IMG/VR virus record: IMGVR_UViG_3300031951_000030
Source of the DNA: an uncultured virus (IMG/VR IMGVR_UViG_3300031951_000030)
Taxonomy: Duplodnaviria; Heunggongvirae; Uroviricota; Caudoviricetes
Direction: 5' to 3' (one strand)
Length of the DNA stretch: 20,000 nucleotides
Made by a program: the position numbers and the translations under genes
The notes under the pieces: model-generated
Seen by the model: only the letters and a program-made list of their open reading frames with translations
Told to the model about the DNA's origin: nothing
The model's database searches: none
In this document: in pieces, positions 1 through 8,601 of the stretch
Layout: every line of letters starts with the position of its first letter
Position numbering within the stretch: the first letter of the stretch is position 1

Positions 1-13
1 TTAAATATCCCAT
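1..13 (-). CDS. 5' end of a gene running off the left edge (Met-Gly-Tyr-Leu...), probably structural
   Basis: Minus strand reads ATG GGA TAT TTA A from 13. The ATG is 22 nt downstream of the same TATTTAT(A/T) motif, and at the same spacing, as the 11593 start. Only 4 codons are visible. Confidence 0.5.
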
Positions 14-20
14 AATATTT

Positions 21-49
21 TATTATTCTTTTGTTTATAAATATAATAA
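21..49 (-). promoter_or_regulatory. Candidate phage late promoter/leader (ATATTTATA at 44-36, followed by AACAAAAGAATAAT)
   Basis: Matches 11600-11629 at 27 of 30 aligned positions; the core recurs in all four large intergenic gaps of the structural block. Confidence 0.6.
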
Positions 50-62
50 TTTTTAAATTTCG

Positions 63-3000
63 TTATTCTACTTCCAAAATAGGTTCGGAAGAATCTCTAC
101 CAGTCTTATTTACTCTTAATGTATTTGGATTAGATGTAAATGTTTCAATAGGTGAACTTCCATCCAATGTAGTTGCCGAAGTATTTTTAGAACCTCTAAA
201 GAAACTATTTTGCAATCCTCTTGTTAAATCGGATGTAAATTTATTATGTGTTGGTAAATAACCATCTACATTTTTTACTTCTATTATATTACCTTTAACA
301 GTGGGTACGGTAGAACCACTAAATGGTTGTATATTTAATTTTGTTTCAGTATATGTTTCAATATCCGAAACATAACCACCACGAGGGTCACCCAATCCGT
401 TAGCCGAAGCAGTTATTGCAAATTTCTGTATAATTCTTTCTTTTTCTTCCGTAACCAATTGTACTCTAACTCTTTCTTTTACTACTCTGTTATCCTTATT
501 AAAATATGTTCTAATTGCGGAGCCACTCTGTGCATAAATACCAAACCCAATTGTTTCAAATTCAGTTTGTCCTATAATTTGATTTGAATTTGAACTAACA
601 ATTTCACTTACAATTGTAGGGTCTCCCAATTCTGCATCTATAGTAATTTCTTTTTGGTAATAATCCGAATTAAAAACAAAATTAGAATTCATATCAATAG
701 TAGAATCCTGTTGATAGTTTTCGGCCAATAAATTATTTACCGATGCAGTTGAAATTAATGCTTCATACTGATTATTTTCTGCCGTTAAATTTTGTGATAT
801 ATTGGCATCTATTAATGTTTCTTTTTGAATATCTTCAAATGAAATAACACTAGTATCAGATAATTTTATTTCAGTTTCTTTCTGATAATCATCTGCAGTA
901 GGTTTTTTGTGAACAACTTTACTTCTTTCTAAAAAGTGTGGTTCTATTAATAGACCAGTGGTTGCTTTAACCCTTGCAGGTAACATTTTCTTTAAATCTT
1001 CAAACATAGATTTCTCATATAGTTTGATTAGATTTATATAAGAATAAATATCTCTATTATCAAATCTTTGGAAATAATAATTTCTTAAATTATCCAATGA
1101 TTTGTAATTTGGTTTATAATCATCTGATGGGTCCCCAATATAATTATCGATATTCAATCCACCAAAAGTTTTGGCAATATCCATATTCAACTCTTTTGTA
1201 GGAGAAAAGAATAAACCAACCCTGTTAGAATCGGTTGGAGATTGGTCAAATGCCTTTTTAGTTGCTCTACTTTTTATTGATAAATCTACACCGACACTTC
1301 CGGATATTTTTTGATTAGTTAGAGTATATTGGTCTTCAAATCTAATCTTATTAGTTGAGAACCTACTCGCTCCACCATCTGGATATTCCATCACAATCGT
1401 TCTATCAATTACTTCAAATTGGAATGGGTATTCACTTACAGATGGAAAACCAATTGCTGATGCGGATAATAATGGTGTAAGGTTTACTGAATATAATGAA
1501 GCGGTAGTTCCGTTTTCATAATGATTTCTAGTCAAACCATTTTCAAAATAAATGTTAGTATCAACATTTATTAACGAAGATGTTTCTGCTAAATTTTTAG
1601 GATATTCAAAATCTAAACGGAAATATAAATCATCGGTTGAAGATGAAACACTATTTCCATTAATCATTTCAGGGAATGAAACGTGTTCGTAGAATTTTTC
1701 AGTATCCAATACTTCAGACCATAAACGAAATTCATCCACACTACCAATATAGTTTCCACCCAATTTAATCGTAGAACCATTATTCCAATTTGTATAATTA
1801 GAAGATGATATTGATTCTTGGAATATAGTTCTTTCTTTATCGGCTTGTCTTACATCTAATTTTAATCCAGCGGAACCACTACTTACGGATATACCAAAAA
1901 ACTTACCATTAAATATTGGTAATGTTGAAGTTTCTATTGATAGTGAACCACTATAATTAAATTTAACTTTACCATAATCACTATTTGTAGAACCACTTAA
2001 ATTTACATTCCAACCACTACCACTTATTAAAGTATATTGGGATGATTCTAATGGTTTTACAAATAACTCAATCGTATTTGGTTTAAGACTAGAAGTATTA
2101 TTTGTTTGTTTCCACTCCATCTCTATTGATGAAGTTAATGTCATATTAAGACCTGTAGTGATATTATCTAATACCAACTTACTTTTGGATGTATCACCTA
2201 CTTCAGGACCTCCAAATTCTAAAATTGAAAGATTAGATGATGGAATTCCATAACATGCCATTAAAGCATGTATACCTCTTCTAGTACCTTTATGTTTAAG
2301 TAAATATGGTAAGTTGTTTACAATTCTTCTCCAAACTTCGTTAGTTCTTTGTTTTGCTGGGTTTGATTCCCTATCATTACCTTCTTTATCTTTACCAAAC
2401 ACATAACTCCACAAATCAGCATCTGCTGCTAAATTTTTAGCGTCCCAACTAAATGATTTTAATGTATCAAAAAGTAATTTGTCAGAAATACCATCTTTCG
2501 ATTTATATCCTAATCCCCTACTTTTTTCAATTGATTTGGTATGGAAATAGATATTATCAAAATGATGTCCAATCATTGAAAAGAATAATAATAAACTTTC
2601 ATTTTCATTATTATTAACAATGTATTGAGGTATATTGTTTAATACATAATTTGAATTATTGGCATCATATATATTTGCAAGTTCTTCTATATTACTGTAC
2701 CAATTAGAAACTTCATTAGATGTACTCAATCTTCGAGTCGCTCCGTTATAAGGCCAACTTAAAGAAGATGATGTGTATAAGAATTTTTCAAATCCATCAA
2801 ATCCGTTTACTAATTGATTTTTCTTTAATTGTTGTCTTTCTGCTTCCTGTATAGATGGTAACGAACCACTATGTGCCTGTGATGCGTTAGCTGCTGCTAA
2901 AGCAGTTTCATACACTTCAATGAGTTGAACTTTATAAACAAAATTAGCAATACGTTCATTTGCAGAACTAAAATGAACAAAATTTTCCCATAAATAAGTA

Positions 3001-5039
3001 GAACCAGATGAGTATTCGATATTTAATTCATCCGTAGTTATTAACGATGAACTTAAATATAGTGATATTAACTCATTAGAAGATGTAGAACTATCTAGTA
3101 TTATATTATCTAATGATTCATAATTAGTAGATTGTCCTTTTACAAAATCTACATCAATTGTAAAATTAGGTCCTTTTATTGGTGGACAACTTACATCATT
3201 ATTTTCCGTTAATACAACCGTTTCAATTAAAGGATTACTCATTAATTTTGTAATCCAGAATGTTGAATTATTCTGTATATTAGCAGGTAATGGTGAATAT
3301 AATTTTAATATAATTGAATTAACAACATCATTTGGAGCAACAAACGTATTACCTAAATTATCCGTAGATTTTTTAGATAATGTAAAATCATCGGTTTCCC
3401 ATGATGAAATTATAATTTGTTCATCGTTTCCAAAATTAGCAAGGTGAGTTAAATACTTACTTTCTTTTGAAGGTTCATCAATTTTTAATTTTTCAGAAAA
3501 AGCATTAAATAAAGCGTTAGTAATTATATCTTCATTTAATGAAAGTGTTGGAAGTGTTAATTTTGTCAACACTTCGTATTCATTACCAATTAACTCCTCT
3601 GCTCCACTTCGATTATATGGTTTTAGTATTAATGTTATATTGTCACTACCAACCCAATTTGGATAATTTTCTCTTAATTTTTTAAGATTAATTTTTATAG
3701 AACCGTTTGGTGGTTGATTACTTAATAATCCAATTTTACTGCCATCTTTTTGTTTTAACCAAACATCAACCGATGAAACTGCAAAAGAGGAATATGAAAC
3801 TTCATAATCAATGTTAAAATCAGAAAATGATGGTACATCAATTGATTCTGCATATATAACCTCCGTAATAGCAGGGAAATCATTTATTGCAGTAAATGTT
3901 ACAATTGCTTCTACTCTAGTGCCTGTTCCGAATTTATTACTGGTTGGAACAAAAAATATCTTTTTAGAACCGTAAACCTCATTGAAATCTTTTTGAAAGA
4001 ATAAGGTTACTTCTTTATCTGAAGCTGGAATTTCTAAAACTTTATCAGCTGAAAGATATACTAAAACAGAATCTGCAAATTCAGTATTAAATGGAATTGC
4101 TATACTTTTTTCTGTATCAGAATCTTTTACGTTAACATTATATTGTATTTGATTTAATACTACTACAGGTGCTTCTGATTTAACTTCTTTTTCCGCTTCG
4201 ATTACAACTCCTAATCCAGAATTTAGTAATGATGCTGGTAATTGGAATGCATAATTTTGTTTTGTTAATCTATCGTAATTAACTGAATCTGAACCAAATT
4301 GTTGAGTAGTTCCTGAATATATGTTTTTAATAAAAATGCCATCGGGTACATTACCTTTAATTTCAAAATTAACAACAGCACTATCTAAAACATTTTTAGG
4401 TATACTTCCAATCTGATTATTAGATAATTGCAATTCTCCATCTACACCTATGTTACCTTCAAATACAATTTGATATTTTAAACTTAAAGTAGTTAATTCT
4501 TTTATATTTGAATCAAACAAAATTTCATATCCAACCATCGGATTATCAACGGTTACCACATCTGCAGGAGGTGGAGGTGGAGTTTGTGTTCGTCTTGCTA
4601 CTTCTGTTTTAAATCTTAAACTTATAGTTCCAAAATTGAAATTTTGAGTTTGTTGTTCTTCCCATACATCATCTATTAATGAGTATTCAGTTACACCAAT
4701 TCCTTCAACTATTTCATTTGCATATTGTAGTTGTTTGGTATTAATTATAAATTTAGATAATACTTTACCATTATCTAAATTTGCAGTATAAGTTTTGGGA
4801 CCATTAAATTGTAAAGATGAATTATATACAATATCAACAGATTTACCATATCCAGTAGATACACCTTCTTCAAAAAACTCTAAATCATTAGTTTCACTTA
4901 CTAAATAAATTTTTAAACTAGAGGGAGGACTACTTGGTCTATATGTGGGGGCATTAAAAGGAGCCTCTCCATTGCTAGATGGGATTCCTGCGTTATTAGT
5001 AAAATCAGGATAGGAGTATAGACCGTTTTGTTCTGCCAT
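63..5039 (-). CDS. Large virion protein, probable baseplate wedge subunit (P2 gpI / T4 gp7-like segment) with a LamG/ConA-like domain
   Basis: 1658-aa ORF downstream of gp25 and gp6-like genes. 'WRRIVNNLPYLLKHKGTRRGIHALM' resembles the KGT helix of gpI-type wedge proteins. 'TIELFVKP...GSVDEFRLWSEVL' resembles LamG-like domains. Beta-rich N-terminal third with a Pro linker (TPPPPPA). Confidence 0.65.
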   Translation of the reverse strand: MAEQNGLYSYPDFTNNAGIPSSNGEAPFNAPTYRPSSPPSSLKIYLVSETNDLEFFEEGVSTGYGKSVDIVYNSSLQFNGPKTYTANLDNGKVLSKFIINTKQLQYANEIVEGIGVTEYSLIDDVWEEQQTQNFNFGTISLRFKTEVARRTQTPPPPPADVVTVDNPMVGYEILFDSNIKELTTLSLKYQIVFEGNIGVDGELQLSNNQIGSIPKNVLDSAVVNFEIKGNVPDGIFIKNIYSGTTQQFGSDSVNYDRLTKQNYAFQLPASLLNSGLGVVIEAEKEVKSEAPVVVLNQIQYNVNVKDSDTEKSIAIPFNTEFADSVLVYLSADKVLEIPASDKEVTLFFQKDFNEVYGSKKIFFVPTSNKFGTGTRVEAIVTFTAINDFPAITEVIYAESIDVPSFSDFNIDYEVSYSSFAVSSVDVWLKQKDGSKIGLLSNQPPNGSIKINLKKLRENYPNWVGSDNITLILKPYNRSGAEELIGNEYEVLTKLTLPTLSLNEDIITNALFNAFSEKLKIDEPSKESKYLTHLANFGNDEQIIISSWETDDFTLSKKSTDNLGNTFVAPNDVVNSIILKLYSPLPANIQNNSTFWITKLMSNPLIETVVLTENNDVSCPPIKGPNFTIDVDFVKGQSTNYESLDNIILDSSTSSNELISLYLSSSLITTDELNIEYSSGSTYLWENFVHFSSANERIANFVYKVQLIEVYETALAAANASQAHSGSLPSIQEAERQQLKKNQLVNGFDGFEKFLYTSSSLSWPYNGATRRLSTSNEVSNWYSNIEELANIYDANNSNYVLNNIPQYIVNNNENESLLLFFSMIGHHFDNIYFHTKSIEKSRGLGYKSKDGISDKLLFDTLKSFSWDAKNLAADADLWSYVFGKDKEGNDRESNPAKQRTNEVWRRIVNNLPYLLKHKGTRRGIHALMACYGIPSSNLSILEFGGPEVGDTSKSKLVLDNITTGLNMTLTSSIEMEWKQTNNTSSLKPNTIELFVKPLESSQYTLISGSGWNVNLSGSTNSDYGKVKFNYSGSLSIETSTLPIFNGKFFGISVSSGSAGLKLDVRQADKERTIFQESISSSNYTNWNNGSTIKLGGNYIGSVDEFRLWSEVLDTEKFYEHVSFPEMINGNSVSSSTDDLYFRLDFEYPKNLAETSSLINVDTNIYFENGLTRNHYENGTTASLYSVNLTPLLSASAIGFPSVSEYPFQFEVIDRTIVMEYPDGGASRFSTNKIRFEDQYTLTNQKISGSVGVDLSIKSRATKKAFDQSPTDSNRVGLFFSPTKELNMDIAKTFGGLNIDNYIGDPSDDYKPNYKSLDNLRNYYFQRFDNRDIYSYINLIKLYEKSMFEDLKKMLPARVKATTGLLIEPHFLERSKVVHKKPTADDYQKETEIKLSDTSVISFEDIQKETLIDANISQNLTAENNQYEALISTASVNNLLAENYQQDSTIDMNSNFVFNSDYYQKEITIDAELGDPTIVSEIVSSNSNQIIGQTEFETIGFGIYAQSGSAIRTYFNKDNRVVKERVRVQLVTEEKERIIQKFAITASANGLGDPRGGYVSDIETYTETKLNIQPFSGSTVPTVKGNIIEVKNVDGYLPTHNKFTSDLTRGLQNSFFRGSKNTSATTLDGSSPIETFTSNPNTLRVNKTGRDSSEPILEVE

Positions 5040-5065
5040 CGATTACTTTTGTTTTATATAAGTAT
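5040..5065 (-). promoter_or_regulatory. Candidate phage late promoter (ATACTTATA at 5065-5057, followed by TAAAACAAAAGTAATC)
   Basis: Variant of the shared motif, 17 nt upstream of the ATG at 5039. Confidence 0.5.
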
Positions 5066-5072
5066 TTTAATA

Positions 5073-6377
5073 TTATTTTATTGCCCCACGAGGTCTTTTA
5101 GTTGTTACCAATCCAGCTGCTTCATCTCTAAACGAAATTTCACCAGGTGTGAACACATCAACAGTTCCTTCACCCATTGTTACAGTTTGTTCACCAGTTC
5201 CTCCGCCTGTTGTTACAACTGGTGGTTCAAAAACAGGCTCTGGCATTGTTACAGGAGCCTTCTCTTCTACTACAGGTATTTTCGGAGGAGGTTGTAATGC
5301 AGGTGGTTGTGGTGGTATAACTTCAACTGGTGTGGGTGGAGTTACATTTGAGATACCTTCAAATGATACTGCTACCAATTCTGGGGAATACACATTTCTT
5401 ACAATTTCTACTTTAGTATCATAAGCTTCCACTAAATTTTGAATTTCTTTTTTAACTTCTTCTACTCCAAATTCAATAGGTAACTTTTCATATTTTACAA
5501 CCCTTCTACTTAATGTTTTTATATTAAATGTTATAGAATTATTTAAAATATTTTTTATTTCATTTAATAAATAATTGAAATCATATTGTTCACAATCATC
5601 AAATCGTTTCTCCGATGGAGAACCAAATGTAGATTGAGCAATATCATAATTTTTATTGTTTAACCAATAATTAACACTATCTCTGAAATCTGTAAATATT
5701 TTAGTTTTAAATGCATTAAAGTTACTTAATCCAAAATCTTTTTTAAGAACTGATTGAAAATCATTTCCAAATTTTGCTGTCAATGCATCATCTATAGATT
5801 GTAAAGATGTTCTTTCAAACGAATCCAATCCATCTAATATATTTTTTTTATAGTATTTAAAATCTCTATTTAGATTGTTTAAGTTTAAAAATTGTTTAGT
5901 ATTAGTTGCGTTTATTTCAGGACTGTTAGTTTTTAATGGTATAATACGAAGTTCTGCTCTTGATGGGGATATTTCATGTATCCAAACTCTTTCTAGTTCG
6001 TTTTCACTACCAATTCTACTACGAACAAAGTTTATATTAACTTTAAGGATTCCGTTTGTAAATCCTAAATCATTCAATAATTTTTCAATATTAATAGCAA
6101 GTTCTTTTTTACCTAATGTATTAGTAAGTGAATACATATATGAACCTATATTATTTTTTTTTATATATGCTACATTTTTTCCTGATTTTTGGGGTAAGAG
6201 TATATTGTTAATATCATATACAGATACTTCCATTACATCATATTTACATTCACCAAATTCGGCTTCCTCTGTTTGATTTTTAGTAACAATAAATAAATCT
6301 TCAGCAACGAGAAATTGTCCTTCATTGGTTGAATTTGAATTTATGCTATCAAAATTTGTATATTTTCTAATACTCAT
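5073..6377 (-). CDS. Hypothetical protein, probably virion/baseplate-associated; Pro-rich low-complexity C-terminal tail
   Basis: 434-aa ORF, co-oriented and tightly packed inside the structural block; no family recognised with certainty. Confidence 0.6.
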   Translation of the reverse strand: MSIRKYTNFDSINSNSTNEGQFLVAEDLFIVTKNQTEEAEFGECKYDVMEVSVYDINNILLPQKSGKNVAYIKKNNIGSYMYSLTNTLGKKELAINIEKLLNDLGFTNGILKVNINFVRSRIGSENELERVWIHEISPSRAELRIIPLKTNSPEINATNTKQFLNLNNLNRDFKYYKKNILDGLDSFERTSLQSIDDALTAKFGNDFQSVLKKDFGLSNFNAFKTKIFTDFRDSVNYWLNNKNYDIAQSTFGSPSEKRFDDCEQYDFNYLLNEIKNILNNSITFNIKTLSRRVVKYEKLPIEFGVEEVKKEIQNLVEAYDTKVEIVRNVYSPELVAVSFEGISNVTPPTPVEVIPPQPPALQPPPKIPVVEEKAPVTMPEPVFEPPVVTTGGGTGEQTVTMGEGTVDVFTPGEISFRDEAAGLVTTKRPRGAIK

Positions 6378-6387
6378 AATTTATATA

Positions 6388-7536
6388 TTAATACGAACCC
6401 GGATTTGCTTTTACAATATTACATGGGTATTCTTTAAATTCAGTTGTACCATCTTTTTTAGTTGCAATAACTTTTATAGTTCCTTTATATTCGGTAGTAG
6501 ACCCCCAACCAATAAATTTGGATTCGGATTCAGCACTTTTTGGTACTGCGTTAGCTTTTATTTTAAATTCTATAGTTTCATTTCCACCACCAGCTAAATC
6601 AAAATTATTCTTTGGTATAATTAACCAATTCCAATTGTTTGCCAATTTAACTTGAAATGTTATGTTTACAGGTTGAGTATCGTTGTTTGTTATAGCCAAT
6701 TGACCACCTGCTTCCCATTTAGTTGCATTGTAATCTTTTGCATTAATTTTACCAGCTAATCCCTTTGTTATATCAGTTCTAGTTGTTGCGCCTGACCACT
6801 TAATGATTGTGGTTTTAACTAAAATATCACCACCACTTGCTAATGCGGTATTGGATGCAGATTGTTGTATGGCCTGTTGTTGTTGAACTGCTCCTAATTG
6901 AGATTGTAATCCTTCAATTATGGAATTCAACGAATCAATTTGTTTAATTAGGGCTTCAATTTGTGCTTTAAATCCTGCATTTTGAGATTGTAATGATGCT
7001 CTTAAAATGGATTCATCTACTGATTTTTGTACTGCAGATTGTATCTGTGTTGCAAATTGTTCAATCACTTTTGATAACGCATCCAACTGATTAGCCAATA
7101 TATCATTGGTTTGCTCTATTGCTAATCTTTTATTAGTTTCAGATAACACTTGTGATGTTAAAGTGTTGATTTCAGCATTTAAAACTTCAATATCCGTTGT
7201 TAATTTTTGAACCTGTTTTCTTAAATCCGCATTAGTAAGAACTTCAGCGTCGTATAATGGTTTAGGTACTAAATCAAGATTTACTGTAGGGATATTTGGT
7301 TTTAATTCCTTAACTTCAGTATCAATTGCTTTTAAAAGTTCAACATCATCTAATTTAGATTTAACCAATGGTTTGAATATCAAAGATGATGCGATATTAT
7401 CTTCACTAACTACGGTTACACCATATTCATTTTTAGAAACAGCAGCAGACCCTGATACTTTTAGAATGTTTTCTAAATCAGTGTTTCTTTTTTCTTCTAA
7501 TTTTAATGCAATTGCTTCTAATGATGTTAATGCCAT
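6388..7536 (-). CDS. Coiled-coil protein with C-terminal beta-rich (Ig-like?) domain, probably virion-associated
   Basis: 382 aa. Residues ~100-225 show a long Gln/Leu-rich heptad pattern. The C-terminus ('LAITNNDTQPVNITFQV...NFDLAGGGNETIEFKI') looks like a beta sandwich. Confidence 0.6.
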   Translation of the reverse strand: MALTSLEAIALKLEEKRNTDLENILKVSGSAAVSKNEYGVTVVSEDNIASSLIFKPLVKSKLDDVELLKAIDTEVKELKPNIPTVNLDLVPKPLYDAEVLTNADLRKQVQKLTTDIEVLNAEINTLTSQVLSETNKRLAIEQTNDILANQLDALSKVIEQFATQIQSAVQKSVDESILRASLQSQNAGFKAQIEALIKQIDSLNSIIEGLQSQLGAVQQQQAIQQSASNTALASGGDILVKTTIIKWSGATTRTDITKGLAGKINAKDYNATKWEAGGQLAITNNDTQPVNITFQVKLANNWNWLIIPKNNFDLAGGGNETIEFKIKANAVPKSAESESKFIGWGSTTEYKGTIKVIATKKDGTTEFKEYPCNIVKANPGSY

Positions 7537-7538
7537 TG

Positions 7539-8600
7539 TTATACTATTTGAAATGTTAATTTATCATCAATTATAGTAGATATTTCACCATCAATTATTT
7601 TTAATTTTAATCGGTATGTTCTATACAATGGTAATGTATTTAAATCTAAAATAAAATAATTAGATGTGTTATCACATGAAATTTTAGTGTATTCTCCAAA
7701 TGGAAATATAACATCGTTTGTGATATAATCTTCTAATTGATAATATGATGTTGTAGGTAAATACTTTGATTGGTCGTATTCAAATGTTGTTGAAAATGAC
7801 TTTAAAGGAAACATATCTCTACCTTTAATTCTAATTTTTATTCTACTATCTTTAGTATATTCCGTTTTTAAATTGGTAATAACTACCTTATAATCATCTT
7901 CAGCATAGCCAGTTACTGGTAATAAACTTCCAGTTGCAAAGGATGTGTCATTCCAAACTACCTCTAATTTTGGTTCATATATCGTATTGGTTTCTTTAGA
8001 AAAGAATTTTAATACACCATAATCTAATGTATTTTCTTCGTTTTCTAATCCATGATGTACGATAAACCCATTATTTGGTATAGAACCACTTAACCATCCA
8101 TTAACTATACCTGTCACATTGATTCTAATATCTGCATCTTCGTAGTTGTAAGATTGAGATGCCTGTGATGCCGTATACCATGTACCACCTTCCGCATTTG
8201 CAGAACCAGTTGTACCCGGTGTAAACACTGCGGTTCCTGCCGTAACATTATCTTGCCAAGTATTAACACCATTTCTGTATTTCCAACTTACACCATCTGA
8301 TGTAATGTTATCGAATTTAGTACCAGTACCCATTGACCAACTCTGTGATATTGCGTTAGCGTGTATCGTATATTCTAAAGGAATTTCTTCCGCTTGGGAG
8401 GATTTTAGATTTAAATATACAATAGAACCACTTGGGATTCCCATATTAGCTACATCAAATTTTATTAAAGTTCTAGCTATATCTTTACTAGAACCATAAT
8501 ACAATTTACCAACCTCTAATATCTCATCTCTACCTGCATTTTGGTCTGGTTGTTGTAAGTAAATACTGGCATCGAACGATGATGTGAATAATTTATGCAT
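7539..8600 (-). CDS. DNRLRE-like (disaggregatase-related/CBM96-like) domain virion protein
   Basis: Ordered motifs DASIY..QPDQNAG.DEILEV, RTLIKFDV, SQSW.MG, VSW, INVTGIV.GWL, NNGFIV, FFSKE, PKLEV match the pattern I associate with DNRLRE domains; directly downstream of the wedge gene. Confidence 0.6.
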   Translation of the reverse strand: MHKLFTSSFDASIYLQQPDQNAGRDEILEVGKLYYGSSKDIARTLIKFDVANMGIPSGSIVYLNLKSSQAEEIPLEYTIHANAISQSWSMGTGTKFDNITSDGVSWKYRNGVNTWQDNVTAGTAVFTPGTTGSANAEGGTWYTASQASQSYNYEDADIRINVTGIVNGWLSGSIPNNGFIVHHGLENEENTLDYGVLKFFSKETNTIYEPKLEVVWNDTSFATGSLLPVTGYAEDDYKVVITNLKTEYTKDSRIKIRIKGRDMFPLKSFSTTFEYDQSKYLPTTSYYQLEDYITNDVIFPFGEYTKISCDNTSNYFILDLNTLPLYRTYRLKLKIIDGEISTIIDDKLTFQIV

Positions 8601-8601
8601 A

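Noticed and set aside
36..43. Perfect T4 late promoter TATAAATA on the plus strand
   Set aside because: It would point antisense into the 1658-aa gene. The other three copies vary and keep a fixed distance to minus-strand ATGs, so it is interpreted in the minus orientation.
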